A DNA stretch of 64,000 nucleotides from Promethearchaeota archaeon (GCA_048940445.1 JBHLON010000012.1:17426-81425), one strand, 5' to 3'. Shown: positions 43,217 through 53,128, counted from the first letter of the stretch. Notes: a model not told the origin generated them from the sequence alone. A program made the numbers and translations.

Positions 43217-43927
43217 CTATAATTGCTTAGCAACACCATAATATATGAAATAAAAAGCAATTAATGTGGGTAATGAAATGATCGACCAAATTAACCTAAA
43301 TCCAGGATCCGCCAATGTATTTGAGAAGGATGTACCGTAATATAGGAAAAAACAAGCAAATATTCCAATTAAAAAATATTTCCATTTCTTTTTTAGTTCT
43401 TGATGTTCTAATTTAAGATAAATTCTTAATGCAAAATATATTGTAGGAACAATTGCAAAGAGACTACAAACTATCGTACTATAAATAAAAAATGGCCAGC
43501 TCCAAACAGGTTTCCAACTAGTTTTGGAGTTTATTGTGATTCCACCTGGAATAAATATTAATCCAAGTACAGCGATCCCATAAAAAATAATAATTAATAT
43601 TTGCGTAAGAAGTGTAATCACTTTATCAGATTTCCATAAAATTAATACAAATATAAGTAAAAATACAAGAGAAATACATAATAAGTAGTAAGTAATAAAG
43701 TGAAGGATAAATACTATAACTTCAATAAATATAAACGCATAGATTATATTTATGATAGCTCCAATTGCAGCAGTGAAATAAAATAAGCTCAAAATTAAAT
43801 TTAAACCTTTAGATTCTCTTTTTAAAATTTTATAAGTCATAAATATGAAGAAGAAACCAAAAAAACCTTGTACTATGAAGATTTGTATAAATCGGGGTAA
43901 ATCTATTATTTGTAAGATAATTAACAA
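43217..43927 (-). CDS. Stand-alone 7TM membrane protein, paralog B
   Basis: Co-linear with paralog A (VQG..LKR..LN, KS.KVIT, PVWS, LKKKWKYF, SNTL.D..FR, Y.GV). Confidence 0.7.
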   Translation of the reverse strand: MLIILQIIDLPRFIQIFIVQGFFGFFFIFMTYKILKRESKGLNLILSLFYFTAAIGAIINIIYAFIFIEVIVFILHFITYYLLCISLVFLLIFVLILWKSDKVITLLTQILIIIFYGIAVLGLIFIPGGITINSKTSWKPVWSWPFFIYSTIVCSLFAIVPTIYFALRIYLKLEHQELKKKWKYFLIGIFACFFLYYGTSFSNTLADPGFRLIWSIISLPTLIAFYFIYYGVAKQL

Positions 43928-44146
43928 GGTTATTTCTCTGAAATTTTATCTTTAATAACTCGATAATTATGTTTCTTTTTTGTTTTTAATCTATAATAAA
44001 TCTTTTGCAATTGGTATTTTTAGCATTAATAACAAAATTCTCTTAAATAAGTTCAAATTAATTAATTTTAAATAATTCGATTCAATATTATCTTAAATCT
44101 CAATTTAATTAGGAATTAGTTCAAATCAAAATTTCTGGTAGTTATT

Positions 44147-45619
44147 TTGAAAAAGTATGACATTATTTTTATTCACCCGCCCAGACTATTAAAATTTAAA
44201 TATGGCAGGATAATGAAGTTCATAAGAGGAGCCTTTATTTTCATTCCAATGGGAATGTTTGCAATAGGGGATAAACTAAAAAAAGAGGGTTTTGGGGTTA
44301 AAATTATTAATTATCCCTTGGAACAATATTTAGAAGAAGATTGGGATCTGAAAACATATCTCAAAAGTATTGATTTCGATGTATGCGCAATAGACTTACA
44401 TTGGATTCATAATGCTAATGGAGTTATTGAAGTCGCGAAAATCATCAAAGAGGTAAATCCTAATGCTAAAGTTGTACTTGGAGGTTTTAGTGCTTCATAT
44501 TACCATAGAGAAATACTTAAATATTATCCCCAAATTGATGCTATAATCCGAGGTGAGGGTGAGATTCCACTTTTAAAATATCTTCAAAAAATTAAAAACA
44601 ATAATTTCGATTCTGTGCCTAATTTATCTTATCGAGACTCTAATAAGCACATTAATGTTAATTCTTTATCCTATGTGGCAAAAAATTTGGATGATTTAGA
44701 TTTTACGAATGTATCACTCCTTAAAAATGCAAGAAAATATCTTGAATGTAGTAGAAAGCTCATGGGTATTTCCTTTAATCTTCCAATTGGGAGAGGATGT
44801 CCTTTTAATTGTCCTCTTTGTGGAGGTGGTCAAAGGGCTCAACGAAATTATATGGGTAGAGAATCAGTAATTCTTAGAAAACCAGAAAATGTAGTAAATG
44901 ATATACATACCATAAGTTCTAAGTATAAAATTCCTAGTGTGTTTTTCGGACATGGATCTTATAGAAGTAATTTAAAGTATTGGAAAAAATTATTCGGATT
45001 AATCCAAAAAGAAAATTTTGATCTTGGAGGAGATTTAGAGATATGGCGTTTACCTTTCCCTAAAGAGATGTGGAAAATATTCTATAAAACCTTTACAAGA
45101 AGATATTCATCAATTAGTATTTCTCCAAGGACAATTTCATCAAAAGTTCATCAAAAAGTAGCAGAAATCTGCGATCCAACTTTCAAATTCCCCGAAAATC
45201 AAATTAATGATTTGATAAAAAATGCTAACCTTTTTAGGGTGATACTAAGAATTTGGTTAACAATTGGTTATCCTTTCCAGACACGCCTTGACTTTGTTAA
45301 AGACTTTAAGTTTGCTATGAAATGCCTTTATAAATATGGTAAGTCAAATTCTAAACCTATTACTATAATGAATGAACCCTACTATGCGTTCCCTGGATCT
45401 CCAGCTTTTGAATCTCCTGAAAAGTTTGGGATAAAATTCAAGTATCATTCATTTCCCCAGACCGTTTATGCGTATAAACAAGCCAAGATATCTTCTATGA
45501 ATAATGTTATCAATTATAGCACAAATTATTTCTCTGGTATGGATATTCATAGTCTTAATAGGTTATTTTTTCTAAGCACCGCACCTATGTTTCTCACAAC
45601 GGGTTCTAAAAAGGCTTAA
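44147..45619 (+). CDS. Cobalamin-binding radical SAM protein
   Basis: B12-binding domain (VVLGG, RGEGE); GRGCPFNCPLC. Confidence 0.88.
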   Translation: MKKYDIIFIHPPRLLKFKYGRIMKFIRGAFIFIPMGMFAIGDKLKKEGFGVKIINYPLEQYLEEDWDLKTYLKSIDFDVCAIDLHWIHNANGVIEVAKIIKEVNPNAKVVLGGFSASYYHREILKYYPQIDAIIRGEGEIPLLKYLQKIKNNNFDSVPNLSYRDSNKHINVNSLSYVAKNLDDLDFTNVSLLKNARKYLECSRKLMGISFNLPIGRGCPFNCPLCGGGQRAQRNYMGRESVILRKPENVVNDIHTISSKYKIPSVFFGHGSYRSNLKYWKKLFGLIQKENFDLGGDLEIWRLPFPKEMWKIFYKTFTRRYSSISISPRTISSKVHQKVAEICDPTFKFPENQINDLIKNANLFRVILRIWLTIGYPFQTRLDFVKDFKFAMKCLYKYGKSNSKPITIMNEPYYAFPGSPAFESPEKFGIKFKYHSFPQTVYAYKQAKISSMNNVINYSTNYFSGMDIHSLNRLFFLSTAPMFLTTGSKKA

Positions 45620-45786
45620 ATCGATTTAATCAAATAAAAAAGGTAGGTTTAGATTTTCGAATAATTTGTAAAATGTTATTTCAACACACCGTAATTTTTA
45701 AATATAATTTAACGTAATTAAAATAAATTCTATGAAAAAATTCTTGAAATAGAGATAAAAAAATTTTAAATTGAATTACAAAAAAG

Positions 45787-47196
45787 GTGAAATTAATTTT
45801 TTTCCATGTTGCCACGAATTGGGATTTCAAACTAATTGATGAATTAAAAAAATATCCTGTTGTTGATTTATATGGGGTTGCAGATCATACTATTGTAGGA
45901 GGTGGACGCCCATCTTTCTTACTACCCAAAATTTCAGAAGAAAAAATAGCCAATTACATTCAAAAAGTCCATGAGGAAGGTATGGAATTTTCTTATTTGT
46001 TAAATGCACCTTGTATGAATAATCTCGAATATGACCCTCATTATCATAAGGAGCTTCTTAAATATCTTCAATGGATTAATGATATTGATGCAGATAATGT
46101 AATAGTCACTACTCCCTTTTTGGTTCAATTAATTAAAGAACAATTTCCGGGACTTAAAATCCGATTATCTACTATAGCACACGTTAATAGTGTCAATAGA
46201 GCAAAGTTGTATGAACAATTAGGAGTAGAGGAAATAACTCCCGATGTCATGATTAACAGAGACTTCAAAACTTTAGAACAAATTAGAAAAGCTGTAAAAT
46301 GTAAGATAGTATTACTCTTAACAGATGGATGTTTATATCAATGTCCTTTTAGATATTATCATTATAACATTTTAGGTCACGCCTCTCAGTCTTTTCAACA
46401 ATTTGAACGCAACTATATTGATACTTGCATTTTAAACTGTAGTGTAATTAAATTCTCAAATCCTACAGAAGTGGTTAAAGCACGTTGGGTTCGACCTGAA
46501 GATTTAAAGTATTATAAGGCTATAGGAATTGATCATTTTAAAATTGCTGGTCGTAGAATGTCCACAGATTGGATCCTGAGATCCGTAAAAGCATTTTCTG
46601 AACAAAAATACGATGGAAATCTTATTGATATTATTCAAGGGTTTTCAATGTCATTTGGAGGCCTTGAAAAGAAAGATCCCAATATTAAATTAACTGAAAC
46701 TATTGGAAGGGAATCAAAATCAAAAATGATCATTGATAATAGCAAATTAGATGGATTTTTAGACTTTTTTAAGAAGCAAAATTGTGTAGCTATGTGTAAT
46801 GATTGCACTTATTGTGAAGAATGGGCAAAAAAGGCAGTATATGTAAATGAAGAAGAAGCTTCGACATATGTAGAATCGATAAAAAATTATATAGATGATA
46901 TTGTAACCAGTCGAGAGTTTGGAATTGCTTCAGCTGAGCCTAGAGAAACAGAAGAGCCTAGTTTAATGTGGAACGATGAAACTAAAAGTATTTTTGATGA
47001 CTTAATAACTTTATCACCATCTCAATTTCAATCTATGGCAAGGATGGCAATCTCATCGCTTGCAATAGAGAAAGCAAAGAAACGAGGTTCTACAGAAGTT
47101 GAAAACCAAGATATTCTTGAGGCATTCATAGAGGGGACTCCTGGTCCATTTCAAGCAGATATGAAGGAAGGGCTTAAAAAACATGGACTTTTATAG
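45787..47196 (+). CDS. U32 peptidase-family (Fe-S, prephenate-dependent hydroxylase-like) protein with C-terminal DUF2621/PCP_red-like domain
   Basis: GGGR, YLLNAPC, CLYQCP, C, WVRPEDL, FKIAGR, C..CNDCTYC; C-terminal WNDE..TP. Confidence 0.8.
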   Translation: MKLIFFHVATNWDFKLIDELKKYPVVDLYGVADHTIVGGGRPSFLLPKISEEKIANYIQKVHEEGMEFSYLLNAPCMNNLEYDPHYHKELLKYLQWINDIDADNVIVTTPFLVQLIKEQFPGLKIRLSTIAHVNSVNRAKLYEQLGVEEITPDVMINRDFKTLEQIRKAVKCKIVLLLTDGCLYQCPFRYYHYNILGHASQSFQQFERNYIDTCILNCSVIKFSNPTEVVKARWVRPEDLKYYKAIGIDHFKIAGRRMSTDWILRSVKAFSEQKYDGNLIDIIQGFSMSFGGLEKKDPNIKLTETIGRESKSKMIIDNSKLDGFLDFFKKQNCVAMCNDCTYCEEWAKKAVYVNEEEASTYVESIKNYIDDIVTSREFGIASAEPRETEEPSLMWNDETKSIFDDLITLSPSQFQSMARMAISSLAIEKAKKRGSTEVENQDILEAFIEGTPGPFQADMKEGLKKHGLL

Positions 47197-47244
47197 TAAA
47201 TCTTAAAATTTAAAAAAAGATAAAATAAAAATAATAGAAAAATC

Positions 47245-47439
47245 CTACTTTTCACGCCATTCCGTTCCACATTTTCCACATCTATATTTTTTGCCATAGA
47301 CTCTAGGATAATCACTAATGATGTTAGTTTTATCAGTTGATTCATGAATCATATTCTTTTCTTCATTCGCACACATAGGACATTTACGACGCCCATCAGT
47401 TTTTTCGATGGTTAAAAGATTATTTGTACCTTCTCCCAT
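47245..47439 (-). CDS. Small zinc-ribbon protein
   Basis: CPMC..CGKCGTEW in 64 aa. Confidence 0.7.
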   Translation of the reverse strand: MGEGTNNLLTIEKTDGRRKCPMCANEEKNMIHESTDKTNIISDYPRVYGKKYRCGKCGTEWREK

Positions 47440-47535
47440 AAAAATATTTCAACTCTGTAATATTTTGTGAGTTTTATTATTATTTTTGAATATATTATGA
47501 GAATTGTAATTATTAAATCTTTACAATAAAATCAT

Positions 47536-48147
47536 TTAAAAATTAAAATGATTTTTTAATTCCTTCCCATAAGAAATAGCATTTTTTAACAATTCTGGGT
47601 TTAAATTACCCAATTTTAAGATAAAATTTTCAAAAATTTTATTGAAAAGCTCCGAAAAATCATGATTTTTATTTTGAATTTCAAAACAATATAGAAAACC
47701 TAGATTCTTAGTTTTATTAATAAGATCGATGCTACTTATTCTTTCACGATCTAAAATATTTATATTTTCAATAAGATGCTTATTAAGCCCTAAAAGAATA
47801 GAAATGCCTTGAAACATATAAATGGTGCTGAAACCTTCAAAATCTGTAAAATTGCTGCTTTCTAAACTGTCAAGCTCATATATATCTATGATATAAATGA
47901 GAACATCAATCCTTTTAATTGGTTTATAATCATCTAATAAATCGTTGAAGTTTAATGCATTAAATAGCTTAATTTTTATCGGAACATCTTGAAATACTAT
48001 TAAAAACTCGAGAAATTTTTCATATGCATTATTATTTAATGACATATGTTTTAAGTATTCAATAATAAGTTCCTTACCATATTCATCTTTATCTATAATC
48101 CCGAGATTCAAAGATAACTTAACTTTTTTCAAAGTGTCACATTCCAA
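47536..48147 (-). CDS. Small-GTPase-fold protein lacking canonical G motifs (pseudo-GTPase)
   Basis: Ras-like layout (IKIKLF, DVLIYIIDI..DS, ILLG, CFEI..SELF) but P-loop reduced to DKDEYGKE, no DxxG or NKxD. Confidence 0.5.
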   Translation of the reverse strand: MECDTLKKVKLSLNLGIIDKDEYGKELIIEYLKHMSLNNNAYEKFLEFLIVFQDVPIKIKLFNALNFNDLLDDYKPIKRIDVLIYIIDIYELDSLESSNFTDFEGFSTIYMFQGISILLGLNKHLIENINILDRERISSIDLINKTKNLGFLYCFEIQNKNHDFSELFNKIFENFILKLGNLNPELLKNAISYGKELKNHFNF

Positions 48148-48228
48148 AAATAATAATTATTGCTATAAATTTATATGTATAGAAAAAACTTAGTAATATA
48201 AAATCTTGCTTAATAGAGCTTTTTTCTA

Positions 48229-49158
48229 ATGTTGTTCATATATTTTCTGTTAATCTTAATGATAAGTATTTGGAGTTTTTCTTTTATTATTGTAGATATA
48301 TCACTTGAATTCATTACTCCACTCTCGATAGCCCTTTATAGATTCATTATTGCTTCATTTGGCTATCTCTTGATAGATTTATACCGTAGATTAAAAAGGA
48401 AGAATACTGATAATAATGACAATATTAAGTCTAAAAATGTCTACTCTAAAAGAGAGTGGGTTTACCTTTTCTTCTCAAGTATTTTTGGAGTCTCTTTATT
48501 TTTCTTTATTCAATATTTATCTATTAATTTAATTGGGCCGTCAATTCCAGCTCTATTTGTATGCTTACTAGCCCCTGTTATAATTGCGATATTAGCCCTT
48601 ATTTTTTTCAAAGAAAAATTAAATAAATTAAAGATCATAGGCTTTATTGTCGCAACTTTAGGAGGTTTTTTATTAGTATCGGGAGGAAATATAGAGAATT
48701 TAACTCCAACATCTCCTAATTTTTTTGGATATATGTTTGCGCTCTTGACTCCTATATTTTGGGCAATCTATTCTACAATAAGTAAAAAAATAGTTATTGT
48801 CAGTTCTGCTAACCAAATGAATAAATTTATTTGTTATTTAGGAACCATTGAATTATTAGTGTTAGCCTTGATTATGAATGAATTAAATATTTTCATTCAA
48901 AATTTTCTAAATCCAATCTTATTTTTTTGCTCTTTATATTTGGGAGTTGGTTCTTATATTTTTGGGTACTATGCATATCAATATGCACAAAGTAAAATTA
49001 AGTCAGCAAAAGTTGCTTCATTTCTATACATCGAGCCATTTCTTACATTATTATTCTCGATAACACTCCAAAGATATGATGTGGTTGTAATATGGAATAT
49101 ATTAGGAGGTCTTATTGTGTTAATCGCTGTTTTTTTAATAAATTATGAAAAAATATGA
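48229..49158 (+). CDS. EamA/DMT-family transporter
   Basis: About 10 TM helices, IWS..P..RF, FFKEKL, EP. Confidence 0.88.
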   Translation: MLFIYFLLILMISIWSFSFIIVDISLEFITPLSIALYRFIIASFGYLLIDLYRRLKRKNTDNNDNIKSKNVYSKREWVYLFFSSIFGVSLFFFIQYLSINLIGPSIPALFVCLLAPVIIAILALIFFKEKLNKLKIIGFIVATLGGFLLVSGGNIENLTPTSPNFFGYMFALLTPIFWAIYSTISKKIVIVSSANQMNKFICYLGTIELLVLALIMNELNIFIQNFLNPILFFCSLYLGVGSYIFGYYAYQYAQSKIKSAKVASFLYIEPFLTLLFSITLQRYDVVVIWNILGGLIVLIAVFLINYEKI

Positions 49159-49315
49159 AGTAAAAAAGCAAAAGCTAAATGATTCTTATTCAACGTCTAA
49201 ATAAATTGTGTAATGTCCGAAATAGAAATCTTCATATATATTAGCATTTGGAGTAGTCAAATTAACGTAAACTATAATGTCCACATTGGGTATCTTTCTT
49301 ATAAAATTATGAAAG

Positions 49316-50740
49316 TTATAAGTTTGCTAAAGTGATTTTATCCAGTTCATTAACTAAATCTTCAGCTATGGGTCTCATGGGTTCTTTATTTTCTAAAACT
49401 TTTGCATATTCTTTTGCTCTTTTCCTTATAGATTTAGAACCTAATTCCTTCCATGTATCACGCGTTGTTCTGTCAATTATCGAACTTGGAATAAATAATT
49501 CTTTCTTAAATAACTTTAATGTTAATGGATGAGATAATAGTTCTTGTTTGTTCTCGTATGTCTTAAGAATATCTGCCGCAAATGGTGATCCATAATCTTC
49601 AATACCTTTCAAGAATCTCCGTATCATCCCAATTATTTCATTATCAATTATTAGCTTTTCAATACTTTGCATGGATTCAAAATCTATCATACCTGGTCCA
49701 GAAACCATATTTACACCTGATAAACCCGCTAAAATCCCTCCTATGCCAGCTTCAAATCCTGCTTGCGCATCTGGTAATTTTGAATCGCTTAAAGTCATAT
49801 AAGCATGTGTTGGCAGATTAAGAAATTTACCAATTTCAATATCTCCTATATTAATCATCATAGTTTCAATTGCTCCCATTGGAGTGGTACCTCTTCTCAT
49901 ATCCAAGATTGCGGGAGAACCTCCCCATATTAACGGTGCTCCTTTTCGTATTAACTGAACAATTACTACTCCAGCAAGACACTCTGCACAATGTTGGGTT
50001 ATTGACCCAATTAAAGTAATTGGTGCATTTGCCCCAGCTAAAGGCATTGAGACAAATTCAGAAGGGATCATACTTTTAGCTGCATCAACTAGAGACTGAG
50101 TTGTTAAATCTGACCATTTTAGTGGAGGACTTGGACAAGCATCAAATATCGCAAGAGGCTTTTTAGCTAAGTCCTGTTCAGATGTTCTACAAGCTAATAA
50201 AATTTCTCGCATAATTTTGAAGCTTTCTTTACGGAATGTCCCAGTAATAACAGGTTTATAACAATTAGATAATGCCAAGTATAGACGATGCCAATCTTGA
50301 GCTTCTTTAGGCACATCCTGATAAATGATCGCAGTGCTTTGGGCATCAATAAATTGCAATTGTTCAACAATTTTTGAGAAACGGATGAAATCATTTGATA
50401 CTGCTTCCCTAATTTCCCCAGTATTTTCGTCTAATAAAAAGATTGCTGCGGATCCTGGATCAAAATGAACATTATCGTTGCTTAATAAGAGAAAATCTCG
50501 ACCTTCTCTATCATATAATTTAATTTCAGGAGGTACTGATTTCAGACATTTTTCTACTAAATCTGATGGAATAAAATATCGAGAATCTTTTTCTGGAATT
50601 CCATGTGCTTTAAACATTTTCTTAGCTTCTTCATTTTCTAAGAAAATTCCTTGATTTTCAAGGATATCTTTTGCTTCCTCAAAAATTTTAAGTTTATGGT
50701 CATCATCTAATAACTTGATATTTGGTTTTAAAATTGTCAT
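49316..50740 (-). CDS. MttB-superfamily (non-pyrrolysine) methylamine:corrinoid methyltransferase
   Basis: PSPPLKW, GANAPITLIG, GAPLIWG, DMRRG, LSDSKLPDAQAGFE; no in-frame TAG. Confidence 0.88.
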   Translation of the reverse strand: MTILKPNIKLLDDDHKLKIFEEAKDILENQGIFLENEEAKKMFKAHGIPEKDSRYFIPSDLVEKCLKSVPPEIKLYDREGRDFLLLSNDNVHFDPGSAAIFLLDENTGEIREAVSNDFIRFSKIVEQLQFIDAQSTAIIYQDVPKEAQDWHRLYLALSNCYKPVITGTFRKESFKIMREILLACRTSEQDLAKKPLAIFDACPSPPLKWSDLTTQSLVDAAKSMIPSEFVSMPLAGANAPITLIGSITQHCAECLAGVVIVQLIRKGAPLIWGGSPAILDMRRGTTPMGAIETMMINIGDIEIGKFLNLPTHAYMTLSDSKLPDAQAGFEAGIGGILAGLSGVNMVSGPGMIDFESMQSIEKLIIDNEIIGMIRRFLKGIEDYGSPFAADILKTYENKQELLSHPLTLKLFKKELFIPSSIIDRTTRDTWKELGSKSIRKRAKEYAKVLENKEPMRPIAEDLVNELDKITLANL

Positions 50741-50746
50741 ATTTTA

Positions 50747-51643
50747 TCACTTTTTAATCTGAGAATTTATATAATTTTTAATCTCTTTTATTGACTCAGG
50801 AGATGTACCACAACATCCCCCTACTATTTTAGCACCAGCTTTTATAATCTCAGCAATATCTCTTCCAAATTCCTGCACGGGCTGTTCATAATATGCTATA
50901 CCCCCTGGTTCTACTTTTGGGTTACCTGCATTGGGTTTAATAGAAAAAGGTATACTTGTGAGTTTACCTATTTCTACAGTTAAATCAATCATATCTTTAG
51001 AAGCGAGGGTACAATTACTACCAATTACATCTACTTTTTCTCTTTCAATTTTCTCTATACATTGATGCAATGAGTGTCCCATAATTGTAAAAAATCCTCT
51101 TTTAGTCTTCTTATAGGTCATAGAACTAATGACTGGTTTATTGGAAAGTTTTTTTATTGCTCTTATAGCTGCAACCATTTCATCTATATCCGATATAGTT
51201 TCAATGTGCCATAAATCGACTCCTTTTTCAAGATACTTTACCTGCTCTAAATAGCTTGAGTACCATTGTTCAAACGTTATTTCCCCTATTGGAGGTTTGA
51301 ATTCTCCGGAGGGCCCAACATCTCCTACTACTAAATGCTCAGGTGGACAGACTTTTCTTAAGTTTTCCAGAGCATTCTCATTTATTTCTTTAATACGATT
51401 TTCAAGCTTATATTTTCTCAGATTTAAAATGCTAGACCCAAAAGTATTAGTTTGGCACATATCTGATCCTGCATCATAGTAAGATTCATGGATTTTTGAG
51501 ACTATATCAGGTTTTTCAATATTCAAAAGATCCGGAAGTTTTCCTGGTGTAATTCCGTATTTGAAAATTTCAGTACCCATTCCACCATCAAATAAAATTA
51601 CTTTTAAATCATCTTTTAGCCACTTTTCAAATAAATTCGTAAT
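50747..51643 (-). CDS. Homocysteine S-methyltransferase (stand-alone MetH Hcy-binding domain)
   Basis: VILFDGGMGT requires a start upstream of ATG 51580 (ATT 51643 after GGAG); TNTFG, GDVGPSG, ET, GSNC, PNAG, GGCCGT. Confidence 0.88.
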   Translation of the reverse strand: MTNLFEKWLKDDLKVILFDGGMGTEIFKYGITPGKLPDLLNIEKPDIVSKIHESYYDAGSDMCQTNTFGSSILNLRKYKLENRIKEINENALENLRKVCPPEHLVVGDVGPSGEFKPPIGEITFEQWYSSYLEQVKYLEKGVDLWHIETISDIDEMVAAIRAIKKLSNKPVISSMTYKKTKRGFFTIMGHSLHQCIEKIEREKVDVIGSNCTLASKDMIDLTVEIGKLTSIPFSIKPNAGNPKVEPGGIAYYEQPVQEFGRDIAEIIKAGAKIVGGCCGTSPESIKEIKNYINSQIKK

Positions 51644-51657
51644 ATCATCTCCAAAAT

Positions 51658-52311
51658 CTAATTGCTTTTTTCTATTATACTTTTCACTAACTTTACAGCT
51701 TCTATAGCATTATCAGCATAACCATCTGCTTTGCATTCATCCACCCAACTCATAGTTACTGGAGCACCACCAAATATAACTTTAAATTTATTCCGAATAC
51801 CTCTTTTGTTTAAATTTTCAATCAATCTTTTTTGACCAATCATTGTGGTGGTTAATAAAGCAGATACTCCAATTATATCTGCATTTTGGTCAATTGCTAT
51901 ACTGATAATTTTATCAATAGGTACATCAGCACCTAAATCATATACTTCAAATCCATTTGCACTAAGCATTGTTGCAACGATAGTCTTACCAATAGAATGA
52001 ATATCCCCTTCTATTGTGGCCATCACCACTTTTCCTGATTTTATCTCTCCTTTATTCTTCTTTAAGTGTGGTAAAAGAATTTCCATTGATTCTTGTACAA
52101 TATTCCCTCCTAACATCAACTCGGGCAAAAAGAATTCCCCTTCCTCCCATAAGTTTCCTATTCGACGGATTCCTGCCCCAAATCCTTTTTCTATTACACT
52201 TAATAAATCCGATTTCTCTTTTACTGCTTTATTTGCTAAGTAAATTACTTTATCTCTATCTAAACTAACGATAGCGTCTGAGATTTCTATAAAAAATTTC
52301 TCCTCGGACAT
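51658..52311 (-). CDS. Corrinoid (B12-binding) methyl-carrier protein, MttC/MtbC-like
   Basis: Cap domain FLPELM; GDIHSIGK, SALLTTT, GGAP. Confidence 0.92.
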   Translation of the reverse strand: MSEEKFFIEISDAIVSLDRDKVIYLANKAVKEKSDLLSVIEKGFGAGIRRIGNLWEEGEFFLPELMLGGNIVQESMEILLPHLKKNKGEIKSGKVVMATIEGDIHSIGKTIVATMLSANGFEVYDLGADVPIDKIISIAIDQNADIIGVSALLTTTMIGQKRLIENLNKRGIRNKFKVIFGGAPVTMSWVDECKADGYADNAIEAVKLVKSIIEKSN

Positions 52312-52540
52312 TATAATCTCCTAAAAGTTACAAGTTTGTTTTTTAGTAATTATTTAACTAATTAAAATATCGATGGTTTAAAAAATTATAATTTAACTTT
52401 TTTAGTAAGCTAAATGTCGCTCAATTAATTATTTATTGATTATTATTAGGTTATTTAACTGAAAGAATTATATATTTCTACACTATATACTACTAAAAGC
52501 TAATTTTTAAAAAAGTATTTGAATTAAAGGTGAATAAAAA

Positions 52541-53029
52541 ATTCCAAGACGTTATTATGCCAAACAAAAAAAAACTTATGCTAAGGATCAATCATTTGAT
52601 CAAGATCAAGTAGGAAAAGAAAAAGAGCGTTATCTAATAAGCATCGAGCTTATGAGTCTAAAAACTCTTAAAGATTACGATATTTTTGGTTGGCGAGGCG
52701 AATTTTATTTCAAGATTGATGGACCTAAACTTTTCAAAGCTAGATGGCCAAATAAAGGAACAATCAAGCTGCAGCGAAATCAAGAATTCACTTCTAAAGC
52801 TGATATGTCACTTTGGTCTCAATTTAAAACTGTAAGAGCTGATAAGCCCACTGTCGAGAAAATAAAGGTAATTCTACGTGAAAGGGATGATTTAAAAAAG
52901 GATCATACAGTCGCAGAACAAGAATTTGAAATTAAATTGCCCTCACCAACTGAATACGTTGTCCTCCAAGATGAAAAAGAGAATACAAAAGCAAAACTTC
53001 GTATTCAAGCAACTAGAACACGATATTAG
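52541..53029 (+). CDS. C2-domain-like beta-sandwich protein
   Basis: Open frame from ATT 52541 (IPRRYYAK..RYLISIEL) after AGGTGA; D.D..GEFYFKI and LRERDD..DH resemble C2 loops. Confidence 0.55.
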   Translation: MPRRYYAKQKKTYAKDQSFDQDQVGKEKERYLISIELMSLKTLKDYDIFGWRGEFYFKIDGPKLFKARWPNKGTIKLQRNQEFTSKADMSLWSQFKTVRADKPTVEKIKVILRERDDLKKDHTVAEQEFEIKLPSPTEYVVLQDEKENTKAKLRIQATRTRY

Positions 53030-53128
53030 TTGGAAATTAATAAACTGAACATTAAAGAAGTTGTTTATTAAACCAAAAAACTTAGTTTTACAATTTTTCT
53101 TAATTTTTAAAATAAAAAAAAAATTTTA

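Noticed and set aside
49316-50740. Pyrrolysine-containing MttB
   Set aside because: No in-frame TAG; the ORF is continuous with Leu at the expected position.
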